Positions 1 to 9,922 of a stretch of 64,000 nt of DNA are shown here, piece after piece. The stretch is from NCBI GenBank assembly GCA_024654575.1, contig JANLHG010000014.1, forward strand, positions 24,745 through 88,744. Reading direction: 5' to 3'. Position 1 is the first letter of the stretch. Each line of letters begins with the position of its first letter. The position numbers were made by a program, and so were the translations under genes. The stretch is from Patescibacteria group bacterium (GTDB lineage Bacteria > Patescibacteriota > Minisyncoccia > Phycocordibacterales > PALSA-1337). The notes beneath the pieces are model-generated. The model saw only the letters and a program-made list of their open reading frames with translations, was not told where the DNA came from and made no database searches.

Positions 1-400
1 CTAATTCATTAAATGGTCCAACAACAAAAGAATCAAAGGTATATTTAGGATTAAGATTATCGTCTTTGTTTATATAGTAATCTTGTAAAGGTAATTCCCC
101 ATTCCAAGCTTGAGATGAGTAATTTTGTCCAAAATCTTTTTTGTGGGAGTCTTCTTTAGCTATAATATATTCTAAGGCTCGTATTCTACTATCTATATTT
201 CTTAATAATTTTAATATAGTCTGATGGTATTTATTTAAAAGCCAATCTTTAACAAAAGCGTTCGGAACACTCAAATATATTACTCCTTCATCACTTTTTA
301 GTATAAATGTATCTTTAAACCATGTGCTAAAATTAGCTTTAGAAACAGATAATTCTATTTCTACTAAAATAGAATCCCATAATTTATTTAGATCATTCAT
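1..400 (-). CDS. dnaA: Chromosomal replication initiator DnaA (N-terminal part, runs off left edge)
   Basis: Manual translation MNDLNKLWDSILVEIELSVSKANFSTWFKDT...NLNPKYTFDSFVVGPFNEL; divergent from rpmH; absent from ORF track. Confidence 0.97.
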   Translation of the reverse strand, partial: MNDLNKLWDSILVEIELSVSKANFSTWFKDTFILKSDEGVIYLSVPNAFVKDWLLNKYHQTILKLLRNIDSRIRALEYIIAKEDSHKKDFGQNYSSQAWNGELPLQDYYINKDDNLNPKYTFDSFVVGPFNEL

Positions 401-495
401 AAGTACAATTTAGTATATACTGCTCCTTTAAAAAAGAAACTTGTGAAAAGTATATAAATTGTTTATAATGTGTGAACAAGTTGTTTATAATAAAA

Positions 496-630
496 ATGTC
501 ATTCACATACAAACCTAAAAAAAGAAAACGAGCAAGAAGTCATGGATTTTTAAAGAGACAAAGAACCATTGGTGGAAAGAGGGTAGTTTCTAGGCGTAGA
601 GCTAAAGGAAGGAGTAGGGTTACCGTATAA
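496..630 (+). CDS. rpmH: 50S ribosomal protein L34
   Basis: Manual translation [44 protein letters not shown]; canonical dnaA-rpmH-rnpA-yidC synteny. Confidence 0.97.
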   Translation: MSFTYKPKKRKRARSHGFLKRQRTIGGKRVVSRRRAKGRSRVTV

Positions 631-633
631 GAT

Positions 634-897
634 ATGTCTTCTTTGTTTTTTACCTTTCGAGTTGTTTCAAAAACATTCAAAAAAGGTCGTAAATACGCAG
701 TTGTTATTTCAAAAAAAATAGAAAAGTCTGCTGTAAAAAGGAATTTACTTAAAAGAAGGATTTTTTCTATTCTTAGAGATAATATACCGGAGTCTTTCAA
801 TGGTGCAATTATTGTTTTTCCCAAAAAAGATAGTAATAAATTATCTTTTTCTGACTTAAAAAAAGAACTTTTGTTAAAACATGTCCTTCCTATATAA
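634..897 (+). CDS. rnpA: Ribonuclease P protein component (short)
   Basis: AVVISKKIEKSAVKRNLLKRR (RNR motif); synteny. Confidence 0.9.
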   Translation: MSSLFFTFRVVSKTFKKGRKYAVVISKKIEKSAVKRNLLKRRIFSILRDNIPESFNGAIIVFPKKDSNKLSFSDLKKELLLKHVLPI

Positions 898-1612
898 TAA
901 CTTTGTTTATGAACCTCTCTATAATGGATTAGTATTTCTTATTAGTATTTTGCCGTGGATAGATGTTGGGGTGGCTGTAGCACTTTTCACTGTTATAGTA
1001 AAATTAATATTGTTCCCTCTTTCTTACCGCTCTGTTAAAACACAGGTGAATATGAAAAAGATAGAACCTGAGTTAAACGCTATAAAATTAAAATTTCAAG
1101 ATAAACAAGAACAAGCTAGACAGGTTATGGCTCTCTATAAAGAAAAAAAGGTTAATCCATTTTCAGGTTTTTTTCTTATTTTAATTCAAATTCCTATAAT
1201 TTTTGCCCTTTATTCAATATTTTTACATTCTGGTCTGCCTAGTATAAATATTGATATGTTGTATTCTTTTGTGAAAGCTCCTATTTCTGTTGATATGAAT
1301 TTTTTAGGTTTAATTGATATAGCTAAAAAGAGTATTATTCTTTCTTTATTAGCTGGTATTACACAGTTTTTCCAAATAAAATTTTCTATGCCTAAACCTG
1401 CTATAACTCCTAATAATTCAACGGCTTCTTTTAAAAATGACCTTGCGCGAAGTATGAGTTTCCAGATGCGTTATGTAATGCCTATTATAGTATTTTTTAT
1501 CTCCTATAGTATTTCAGCGGCGATTGCTATCTATTGGTCTGTTAGTAATCTATTTATGATTGGTCAAGAGATATATGTGAGAAGAAAGATAAAAAAACAA
1601 CCCTCTAATTAA
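881..1612 (+). CDS. yidC: YidC/Oxa1 membrane protein insertase
   Basis: VKLILFPL, YKEKKVNPFSG, IQIPI, IYW motifs; synteny. Confidence 0.95.
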   Translation: MSFLYNNFVYEPLYNGLVFLISILPWIDVGVAVALFTVIVKLILFPLSYRSVKTQVNMKKIEPELNAIKLKFQDKQEQARQVMALYKEKKVNPFSGFFLILIQIPIIFALYSIFLHSGLPSINIDMLYSFVKAPISVDMNFLGLIDIAKKSIILSLLAGITQFFQIKFSMPKPAITPNNSTASFKNDLARSMSFQMRYVMPIIVFFISYSISAAIAIYWSVSNLFMIGQEIYVRRKIKKQPSN

Positions 1613-2864
1613 CTTCTAGTCCCCACAACGTCAAATCATTCTTATTTATAAAAATAAGATAGTTATCTTTTTCATCAAGTGAAAGATTTATTGCATCTAT
1701 TTCTTGATTAGTAAGGTCTTTTAATTTTGCTAATTGTGTCAGTTCCCCATTTAGAGTATTAAGTTTCCAGATATCATCACTAAAATGCACCTTACCTTTA
1801 TACCAATCATCTGGATATTCGGCAGTTTTTGAAGATGTTGGATTAGCACAATAAATATCAGTTTTTACAAAATTTCCCCAAACACATTTTTCTGGGAAGG
1901 TTTTTAATAGAAGAGCTTCTTTTTCACCAGTTTTTACATCATAAAGCTGTAGGCTAAAATCATTTTGATTAGATTGACTATAAAGTATCTTATTTCCATC
2001 ACTATTAGCTAAAGTTGTTAGTCCTCTAATTTCTCCGATAGCTTTACTATAGTTACCGGTTTTTGTATTTAAAAAATAGGCATAACCAGAACTTTCTGCT
2101 GAGGGTTTGGTTGTGATGAGTATTTCACTGTCACTAAACCACTGTGTTAACCAGTTTTTAAAAGGAGAACTAAATATTTCTGTCTTTTGTGTTCCGTCTG
2201 CTTTAGAAATAATTCCATTTATTCCATTGCTATTTTCTTGAGTATAGAACATAAAATCTTTTTTAGGAGAAATACTGATTTGTTTTATGTCTTTTGGTAA
2301 AAAATTTCCAGTAACTGTTGTTTGCATGACGTTAATTAATGCAGTGGAGGTTGCGTTTTTTATAGGGATTATTTTTCCATAATAGCTTTCAATATAACTT
2401 TCGTCATCATTGGCGTATCTTATTACGAAGGAATTATTGTTTACCCATAAAGCTTCGTATATTTTAGGTATGGTTATGTTTGATATTCTAGTTTGATTTA
2501 AAGAATCGCTAACCGCTTGATAGATGTGTCCCGTTCCCCGCTCTGTGTAACGAATAGCTGTGGTACTTCCATTCCCTGTTGAAAAAGCTATAGCTCCCGC
2601 TGTTGGAACGATAGAAATCTGTCGGAGTTTTGGAACAGAAGTGCCGTTTGCTGTTTGGTAATTATCAGAATTATTAGCTGTTCCGTTTTCAGAAGAACTT
2701 ACTGAGTTTCCATTTCCGAATGGAAAGATATTTTTTGTGGTGCTAGCTATTTTTTCAGGTGTGGGTGTTACTCCTTTGTTTAAATAATAATAGATAAAAC
2801 TAAGGAATCCTCCCAGTATGATGATTGCCAATATGATTATTAAAAATACACTTTTTTTAGACAT
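1605..2864 (-). CDS. Membrane-anchored hypothetical protein, probable beta-propeller
   Basis: N-terminal TM segment; repeated ISISP/LANSDGNKILY/LSLDEKDNYLIF blade-like segments. Confidence 0.6.
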   Translation of the reverse strand: MSKKSVFLIIILAIIILGGFLSFIYYYLNKGVTPTPEKIASTTKNIFPFGNGNSVSSSENGTANNSDNYQTANGTSVPKLRQISIVPTAGAIAFSTGNGSTTAIRYTERGTGHIYQAVSDSLNQTRISNITIPKIYEALWVNNNSFVIRYANDDESYIESYYGKIIPIKNATSTALINVMQTTVTGNFLPKDIKQISISPKKDFMFYTQENSNGINGIISKADGTQKTEIFSSPFKNWLTQWFSDSEILITTKPSAESSGYAYFLNTKTGNYSKAIGEIRGLTTLANSDGNKILYSQSNQNDFSLQLYDVKTGEKEALLLKTFPEKCVWGNFVKTDIYCANPTSSKTAEYPDDWYKGKVHFSDDIWKLNTLNGELTQLAKLKDLTNQEIDAINLSLDEKDNYLIFINKNDLTLWGLEVN

Positions 2865-2872
2865 TATTTTAT

Positions 2873-3622
2873 TTAATGAAAACTGCTATCTAAAGAAGAT
2901 TGAGTCTTTTCTGTTTCAAGTTGTTGCCTATTTTGTATTGATTGGTCTATATCTATTCCCGCTTGTCGTGCTTCGGTTCTAATTTGGTCTGCTTCTTTTG
3001 TAAAACCTTCTAACATTAATTTATCAGCTGCAGTGCGAGATTCTATACTAATTTGTATTTTAAGTGTTGTAGCTTTTGAATAGTCTTTATTTTTTATAGC
3101 TTCTATTGCTGCTATTTTGTTATTACCGATTTTCCCTATATTTATTCCTAAATCACGAGTAGCTTGAGCTTGTTTTTCTAGAATTGCTTTAATTTCCGGA
3201 TCTTTTTCTAATAATGCTTGTCTTTCTAAATTTTCTGCATTAAGTCGTTCGATTTTTATTTGATCATTTAATGCTTTTTGTAAGTTTATTGCTTCCGAAG
3301 GAGGGTCTATTTTTATAGTAAGTTTATCAATTTCTAGATTTGAAAAATCAACCAGTTTTGGATTTATAGTATAAAGCAAAAGCCAAGCGCTGAGAGTCAA
3401 AAGAAGTCCTAATATCGCGTCCCATATCCTTTTTTTACCGTCTAATTTCATAGCTGGTATCCCAGACAGCATATATTCTAACCCCCCCCAAACAATCATA
3501 AGAATAGCAAAAGCAATAGCTATACCAATGCTAATTTTAAATATTGCACTCAGATAGGTAGATAAATCTGTAACAATGTTGTCTTTTATGAAAGGTAATG
3601 GTGCTAAAAGTTGATAATCCAT
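2873..3622 (-). CDS. TrbC/VirB2-like pilin membrane protein with helical C-terminal extension
   Basis: IVWGGLEYMLS...GKKRIWDAILGLLL..AWLLLYTINPKL pattern of CPR VirB2-like pilins. Confidence 0.7.
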   Translation of the reverse strand: MDYQLLAPLPFIKDNIVTDLSTYLSAIFKISIGIAIAFAILMIVWGGLEYMLSGIPAMKLDGKKRIWDAILGLLLTLSAWLLLYTINPKLVDFSNLEIDKLTIKIDPPSEAINLQKALNDQIKIERLNAENLERQALLEKDPEIKAILEKQAQATRDLGINIGKIGNNKIAAIEAIKNKDYSKATTLKIQISIESRTAADKLMLEGFTKEADQIRTEARQAGIDIDQSIQNRQQLETEKTQSSLDSSFH

Positions 3623-3626
3623 TTTA

Positions 3627-4319
3627 TTATTTTACTCCAAAATTAACTTTAAAATTAAATCTTGTTTTCTGAAAAAAATCTACGGTATTATTTACAACCA
3701 AAGAAATATCAGAACTACCAACAGTATCCCCTTCATGTCTTAAGATAATACTTCTATCAGTGTTGTCTGCAACATTCCCATTATTTATACTCCACTCATA
3801 TTCTAAATTATTTTTACCTGTTACATCTGTAGAGAAAAAATATGGTGATGCTAATAATACTATTTCGTCTTTAGAAAGAGCCAACGGTGAAGTTATGGCT
3901 TTATTATATAATATTCCGTAGAGAGGATCATCTTCATATATTATTGGTTCGGGATTTCTTGCTGATAGAGTGATGTCTTTTGTTGCTTTTAAACCATCTT
4001 CTGCGGTACTCACTTCTACTTCAATGGTAGTTGGTTTTGATAGAACCGTACCTTTGAAAGTATAACTATCTTTCCCGAGACCAGATAAACTTCCTAAAAC
4101 TTTGTAGTCCTGTTTCCAAGTGTATATCAAATTATTTGATTTAATACTCGGTACGGCTACAACTGTCACTGTTGATTGGGTGGTGTACAGAGCTTTTCCT
4201 TTATAAAAAGGTGGTGTGTAGGTATTTGTTTGCCAAAGTAAATCTACATAATTTGCTGTTTGAGCATATGTAGGTAAAGCTATTATAAGTAACAAAAAAA
4301 GAGAAATAATTCTATACAT
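3627..4319 (-). CDS. Secreted Ig/PKD-like hypothetical protein
   Basis: Signal peptide; YTPPFYKGKAL; two YTW/YEW beta-sandwich-like repeats. Confidence 0.55.
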   Translation of the reverse strand: MYRIISLFLLLIIALPTYAQTANYVDLLWQTNTYTPPFYKGKALYTTQSTVTVVAVPSIKSNNLIYTWKQDYKVLGSLSGLGKDSYTFKGTVLSKPTTIEVEVSTAEDGLKATKDITLSARNPEPIIYEDDPLYGILYNKAITSPLALSKDEIVLLASPYFFSTDVTGKNNLEYEWSINNGNVADNTDRSIILRHEGDTVGSSDISLVVNNTVDFFQKTRFNFKVNFGVK

Positions 4320-4333
4320 TACAACCTATTTTA

Positions 4334-4639
4334 TCATAGTTTCTCCTCAGCTCTAACACTCATCCATGTGTATATCACGTCTCCAGACCAAGCGGGTAAG
4401 GCGTCGAGTAATGGAATTTCTTCTATTAGGAATGATAAACAGAGAGCCAAAATTCTATTTTTACTAAGTTTTACTCCTCGCATTAAAAAATAAAGCACCA
4501 AAGACATACCCATTACAATATCAATAAGGCGATTAGGTACAAGAAAAGGTGTAAGAAATACTTGTATTGTATCAACAGTAGCTGTGGCCCCAAGTACTAA
4601 CCCCCATTCCACATTTCCTATTTTTGATTTATTAGCCAT
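4334..4639 (-). CDS. Small membrane protein
   Basis: Hydrophobic; EEIPLLDALPAW motif; overlaps virB4 stop. Confidence 0.6.
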   Translation of the reverse strand: MANKSKIGNVEWGLVLGATATVDTIQVFLTPFLVPNRLIDIVMGMSLVLYFLMRGVKLSKNRILALCLSFLIEEIPLLDALPAWSGDVIYTWMSVRAEEKL

Positions 4640-6446
4640 TTGATGCTAGTTCTTGTTTAGCTTTTTTAATTTCCAAAATTTGAGAAGGATTGGTAGTAAT
4701 GATTTGGTCCTCAGTGTAAGAAGCGATAATTTTAATAGCCACGTGTTTTAATCCCACGAAGAATATCCCCTCACCTATATCTGATTCAAGGAGTAGATAC
4801 TTTTCTTCGTCTGTCAGATTAAATGTTCTTTGGATGTTATCTATTGATGACGGTGACTGTTTTAGAAGAATTTGAATTGAAGAGTTGGTTATAATAGGTA
4901 ATCCGTAAGGTGATTTTAGAAAATCATCTACGTCCTGTGTGATGGTTGCAAGTCCTAGGTAATATTTTCTCCCTCTTTTCGCTAATCCAAGGAGGAAAGA
5001 TGCTGTATCTTCAGATTTCATCATCCACCACGCTTCATCAATCACTAAAAGGCGTTTTTTAAGATTTTTACGAATAGCATTCCAAATATAATGAGTAACA
5101 ATATACATCGCCACTGGTTTTAATTCGTCTTCCATATCTCGTAATGAAAAAACAATAAATTTTTTATTGATATCAACATTAGTTGGACGGTTAATGAAGC
5201 CAGACCAAGTTCCTTTTGTATATTTTGAAAGTCGTTGCACAAGCGATTCGGCACCTTCCATTCCAGCTAGTACCAATTCAAAATCCGACATAAGTGGCGG
5301 TTCTACATTAGCAAAATCTGATTCAGGAGAGATATCTTTAAGTGCGTATGTTTCAGTTATGGCTCTATCAATAATTGCATCTTCTTCTTGTGAAAGTCCT
5401 CCGAGCATAATTCTAAAAAGTCCCACAAGGTTGATTATGTTTGAACGAAGGACATCGGCCGATGATTCATCTTCTCTAGCTACAGGCAAATCAAACGGAT
5501 TGATATGATGTTCGGAATTAAGAGAAATATTAAAATATTTTCCTCCAGTGGCCTCTGCCATATACTCGTATTCTTTTTCTGGGTCAATAACAATAACTTC
5601 TGTATCAAACATAAGAGTTCGTAGAATTTCTAGTTTAGTAGCATATGATTTTCCAGCTCCAGCTTTGGCAAAAGTCACAGAATTGTAGTTTTCTAAAAGA
5701 AATCGGTCAAAAAGCACTAAACTTGAATTATGACGATTAATACCATATAAAATTCCCTTATCTGAAGTCAAGTCAAAAGAAACGAAAGGAAATATTGAAG
5801 ATAACGGCGATGAATTGAGTTTTGAGTGAACACTTAATTCATCTGTGGCTATAGGGAGGACACTTTTATATCCCTGTTCCTGTTGAAATAGAGCTGGTTT
5901 TAGATAGACAAGTTTTGCTTCAAGTATTGATTTAATTTCCGATTCAATTTTATCTAATTCCCCATCGCTATCTCCGTATAGAGTAATATAAACACCAACA
6001 TCAAAAATCTTTTCCTGCGCTTGCATAAGATTATCTCGCAAACTTTCAAGATCTCTGTATGCTGTGTCGAGCATTGGGTCTCTCACTAATCCCTTTTCTT
6101 CTCTCACATTAATCTGACTTTGTACTTCTGCCACCTTTTTCTGAAATTGACGAAGGACTTTTGCTGTTTCAACAGGATGAATAAAAATTGAAATATTAAA
6201 TACCTTATCTAAATTGATAATTGGAGCGAACCATGAATCGGAAAGATATCGTGGGTATGAGATAACGAAAAATGTTCTAGCTATTTTTTCTCCTAAATTT
6301 ATTTCTTTTGGTGTTATTTTAAGAGCAGATGGTGCAATAATATCTTTCAATTCCAAAACACCCGCCTCATATATTTCTTGAGGTAAAATAGAAGTTATTT
6401 GAGGTGCTTCTTCCTTTTTTCCAAAAATTTTATTTAAAAATGACAT
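4632..6446 (-). CDS. virB4: VirB4/TraC-family secretion ATPase
   Basis: Walker A AKAGAGKS, VIDPEKEY, INPFD, IDEAW, GRKY, ITQ. Confidence 0.92.
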   Translation of the reverse strand: MSFLNKIFGKKEEAPQITSILPQEIYEAGVLELKDIIAPSALKITPKEINLGEKIARTFFVISYPRYLSDSWFAPIINLDKVFNISIFIHPVETAKVLRQFQKKVAEVQSQINVREEKGLVRDPMLDTAYRDLESLRDNLMQAQEKIFDVGVYITLYGDSDGELDKIESEIKSILEAKLVYLKPALFQQEQGYKSVLPIATDELSVHSKLNSSPLSSIFPFVSFDLTSDKGILYGINRHNSSLVLFDRFLLENYNSVTFAKAGAGKSYATKLEILRTLMFDTEVIVIDPEKEYEYMAEATGGKYFNISLNSEHHINPFDLPVAREDESSADVLRSNIINLVGLFRIMLGGLSQEEDAIIDRAITETYALKDISPESDFANVEPPLMSDFELVLAGMEGAESLVQRLSKYTKGTWSGFINRPTNVDINKKFIVFSLRDMEDELKPVAMYIVTHYIWNAIRKNLKKRLLVIDEAWWMMKSEDTASFLLGLAKRGRKYYLGLATITQDVDDFLKSPYGLPIITNSSIQILLKQSPSSIDNIQRTFNLTDEEKYLLLESDIGEGIFFVGLKHVAIKIIASYTEDQIITTNPSQILEIKKAKQELASNG

Positions 6447-6447
6447 A

Positions 6448-7092
6448 TTAATTTACTTGAATTGGTTTTTCTAAATCACCAGGATTAAAGATTTTATAAA
6501 ATAGTTCAACGATTTCTTCTGTTCCTAACTGAACTACTCTTACTCCACATCGTACTAGCCCCTGTTCCACTACCGACATTCTTTGTTCAAGTTGACTTCT
6601 ATTTTCTTCAAAATCTTCCACTTTTTCTTTGGCCATGTCTTTAGAATCAGTTTTTTTACCAAATACATTCCCGATGACACTTTTTTTACCCTGTAAAACA
6701 GATGGAGAATAAGGAATTACTATAAAAAAACTTTTCGTCATAATATTTGAGCTTTCTGTAAAGGCCTTTATAAATTCAATATATTCTCGCGTTTGAATTT
6801 TCATCAGTTCCCCCACTTGTTCTTTGTAACGGTCCTCTAAAAGGGCTATATATGGTCGTATATCTAGTTTTTTTGATTGAACTACTATTTGCACAGAAAA
6901 ATCTAACGAGTTTAGAAAATTTTGAAATTGAAAAATTATAGAATTTTGTTCATCTGCTGATTTTAGAGCAAAATTCAAAGACGAAGCCATTATAATGGAA
7001 CGCATTGAGCCATCCTTAAGGACTACAATTCCGTCACGCACTTCTTTAATTGGAACGAAATCTTGTGTGGTTTTTGATGATGTGCTTGCCAT
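6448..7092 (-). CDS. VirB4 N-terminal-like (TraC-like) protein
   Basis: SSLNFALKSADEQ..FQNFLNSLDFSVQI; lies between prgI and virB4. Confidence 0.75.
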   Translation of the reverse strand: MASTSSKTTQDFVPIKEVRDGIVVLKDGSMRSIIMASSLNFALKSADEQNSIIFQFQNFLNSLDFSVQIVVQSKKLDIRPYIALLEDRYKEQVGELMKIQTREYIEFIKAFTESSNIMTKSFFIVIPYSPSVLQGKKSVIGNVFGKKTDSKDMAKEKVEDFEENRSQLEQRMSVVEQGLVRCGVRVVQLGTEEIVELFYKIFNPGDLEKPIQVN

Positions 7093-7101
7093 TTGTTTTT
7101 A

Positions 7102-7545
7102 TTATACCTTATTTTTCTTAGACTCGTTGTACATTTCTTTTACTCCGGGTGTAGAAACTTCATTTATATCTAAACTCCACGTCAGATCTTTTAATTTGCT
7201 ATCTGAAAGTTTTGGTATGAAAACAGATGGTTGTGAGGCCTCGTCTTTTTTATGGACAATTTTTCTATCTTCCTTTTTCCATATGTATAATTTATTTCCC
7301 AGTGCATATTTTACTGCTGATTCAACAATTGAAATGAACGGTTTGCTATTTATTTTATAAAAAGCTAAGGCCAGTGAAAATCCAATCACTATCGCTATGA
7401 TAGGCAATGCAATGTAAATGTATAAAATAGCGTAAATTATATAAGATAGACCCGCTCCCCCAGCAAGATAAATGAACTGTTTTAGAGTCAATGGTCCGAA
7501 TATTTTATCTTCTATTTCTATAAATTGTGGTACTTGAAATTTCAT
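7102..7545 (-). CDS. prgI: PrgI family protein (VirB3-like)
   Basis: FQVPQFIEIEDKIFGPLTLKQF followed by 2 TM helices. Confidence 0.88.
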   Translation of the reverse strand: MKFQVPQFIEIEDKIFGPLTLKQFIYLAGGAGLSYIIYAILYIYIALPIIAIVIGFSLALAFYKINSKPFISIVESAVKYALGNKLYIWKKEDRKIVHKKDEASQPSVFIPKLSDSKLKDLTWSLDINEVSTPGVKEMYNESKKNKV

Positions 7546-7556
7546 AAATTAGATTA

Positions 7557-8108
7557 TTATATTTTATTAATAGGTTCACGATATGGGTCTACTTTGTACT
7601 CTTTTTTCGTTACAGGTGCAGCAAGTATGCTATCTATTTTTTTCAAATATGCAGGTCCTTCAACTTTATTAGGAGCAGGCAATTCATTTCTAGTATCAAT
7701 AATGGCTTCCACTTTCTTTTCTTCTTTTTTCACTTCAAATGATTCTTCTCTAGCCAAAACTGGATTTTCTATCTCATCAAGAATTTGTTCTTTGGAAATG
7801 GGTTCTTCAGAGTTATTATCTTGCATAAAATGACGAACTGATAATAATATTTTTTCATTTGCCTCTGATGCAATTTTTTCTGCGTCTGATCTAGATATTT
7901 CAAGCCTATTCTCAATATTTTTTATGTAATCATTTGGTTTTGTAATACCCAACATCAGTAATCTTGTTTCGCTATCTAATTCTCCAATTTGGTCTATATG
8001 TAAATTAAATTCTTTTCCAATTTCAATTAGATTTTCATACACTTTAGGTGAAGTGATCGCTTTTTGGAATTCTTCAGGCAGATTTTTTAATGTTGTTTTT
8101 GTATCCAT
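7557..8108 (-). CDS. Conserved CPR hypothetical protein
   Basis: LHIDQIG and C-terminal DPYREP motifs; likely ATG at 8108. Confidence 0.65.
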   Translation of the reverse strand: MDTKTTLKNLPEEFQKAITSPKVYENLIEIGKEFNLHIDQIGELDSETRLLMLGITKPNDYIKNIENRLEISRSDAEKIASEANEKILLSVRHFMQDNNSEEPISKEQILDEIENPVLAREESFEVKKEEKKVEAIIDTRNELPAPNKVEGPAYLKKIDSILAAPVTKKEYKVDPYREPINKI

Positions 8109-8116
8109 ATTTTTGT

Positions 8117-9922
8117 TTAATACCATATACCTCGTGCCCCTGGACTATTTACATAACCGTATGCACTGTGGCCGACAGGAATCAATGTCGCTAACGCTCG
8201 TCTATCTGCAAAAGCAAGGTCTTCCATATCTTTAACTTGAGATGTTTTAAGATGAGATACTACGATGGGGTTTGTAAAGTTAGGAGTTCCTAAACTAACA
8301 ATTTCTTTTCCGGTCATTTTTGAAATAATATTTTTTACTGTAGTTGAGTCACCGCTGCCGATAGCATTAATAAGTAATTGTCTTTTGGCATTTTTAATTG
8401 TAATTTTATCTGCTTCTGATCTTTCACCTTTTTCTATTTCATCTAATTCTCCTTTACCTAAATGCTGGGTGACTAATGGATTGGTAATTGTTTTGGTGTC
8501 TAGTTGTGCTTTTTCTTTAGTACTCATTTTATCTAGAGCATCTTTTACTGCAGTTGCGTTACCGGTAGCCATCGCCACTTTTAGATCTTTAACTCTGTCA
8601 ATGATGCGTTGTTTTGTGGCAACATCTTTTCCTTGCTTAACGCTATCAATTCTTGATTTTGAACTTCCAAATTTAGCACTAGCTAATGCTCCTGTGCTTA
8701 TTTGACGAAGAGATCGTCCGGCAACACTATTCCCAAATGATGTATTTTCAAGTGCTTTGTCTAATGAATGACCAACTCTACCAACCGTATTCCTTCCCAC
8801 AAATCCCTGACCCATTTTTCTTAATGATTGCCCCCACCCCTTTAGTGTACTTGCTCCCTGAACTCCTAGTTTATCAGCAATAATTAAACCAGCGATTAAG
8901 AAAATAATAACTATTAGAAAATTGAGAATAACCACCACCGAACTAGCTCCTGTTCCAGCTCCGCCTGAGAATGCTTGATTGAATGTAGGGCTGACATCAG
9001 ACCCGCCATTTAAAACCTTTTTGAAAGTCGGGTCACTTAAGATTCTTATACCTATGTAAGTGACTAAAAGATAGGCAGGTGCGAATATAGCTTGTTTATG
9101 AAGAGTACTCCACCATTGGTCAGCATAAGACTTTGTTCCCGGTAATACTCCGCTTACATAAGCTAGTGGAGAAAGAGCCATAAGAATAATGAGAACGACT
9201 ATGCGAATAGCAAAAAGAACTGCTGCGGCGAAAAATACGAAAGCAGCTACAAGCATTACGATTGAACCCATAATTGTGGTTGTAAAGATGTGTTTATTAT
9301 CAATACCAGTAGGTGCTCCTCCAGCGAGTTGAGTTGGTTGATTGTAATCTAAAGTGGTTTGGATCCATAGTTGTTGCATAAAGACATCTGAAAGACAGCC
9401 ATCAGCACATTCTTCAGCATTAGGTGTCATTGCATTGTAGAATTGTAGAGCTACTATGTTTGATGCATCAATAATTATCTTGGTGAAGAATAAACTGAAG
9501 TTTATAAGAAGTCCTGCAATGACAATATTGACCAACAGTTTTTTTGTGCCCAGTCCGTCAAGTCCTAAAATCATTGAAATAGCTTGATAGATGATAAGGA
9601 AAATGAAAAACATTGTGGCAAAATCCCGCACTGTTTTCCAAGCGAGAGTAATAGCTGGTATTTGTGCTACTAATGTGGAAATATTTAGTGTCCATTTGAG
9701 AGAATAATTTAGAAGAATACCAGCAATCCATAATACTTTACTAACAAGAGTCATAATGACATTTCCAATTATTCCAGAAGCATTTTCTATGGCACTTTTC
9801 CCGATATCACCTATAGTAAACCAATCACCAATTCCAGCGTAAGTAATTTGTGGAAAAATAATAGTATAATTGGCTACTAGAATAAAGAGAACTATGAAAA
9901 TGTATATTAGTATTTTTTTCAT
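8117..9922 (-). CDS. VirB6-like polytopic membrane protein
   Basis: WKTVRDFA, LLINFSLFFTKIIIDASN, RIVVL..L..SPLA, WW; ATGA overlap with upstream gene at 9919-9922. Confidence 0.75.
   Translation of the reverse strand: MKKILIYIFIVLFILVANYTIIFPQITYAGIGDWFTIGDIGKSAIENASGIIGNVIMTLVSKVLWIAGILLNYSLKWTLNISTLVAQIPAITLAWKTVRDFATMFFIFLIIYQAISMILGLDGLGTKKLLVNIVIAGLLINFSLFFTKIIIDASNIVALQFYNAMTPNAEECADGCLSDVFMQQLWIQTTLDYNQPTQLAGGAPTGIDNKHIFTTTIMGSIVMLVAAFVFFAAAVLFAIRIVVLIILMALSPLAYVSGVLPGTKSYADQWWSTLHKQAIFAPAYLLVTYIGIRILSDPTFKKVLNGGSDVSPTFNQAFSGGAGTGASSVVVILNFLIVIIFLIAGLIIADKLGVQGASTLKGWGQSLRKMGQGFVGRNTVGRVGHSLDKALENTSFGNSVAGRSLRQISTGALASAKFGSSKSRIDSVKQGKDVATKQRIIDRVKDLKVAMATGNATAVKDALDKMSTKEKAQLDTKTITNPLVTQHLGKGELDEIEKGERSEADKITIKNAKRQLLINAIGSGDSTTVKNIISKMTGKEIVSLGTPNFTNPIVVSHLKTSQVKDMEDLAFADRRALATLIPVGHSAYGYVNSPGARGIWY

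Noticed and set aside
420-490. oriC in the dnaA-rpmH gap
   Set aside because: Only 95 bp with degenerate boxes (TGTGAAAAG, TGTGAACAA); may be autoregulatory but is insufficient to call an origin
540-824. 94-aa minus-strand ORF
   Set aside because: Antisense shadow of rpmH/rnpA; the same applies to most short opposite-strand ORFs in the track
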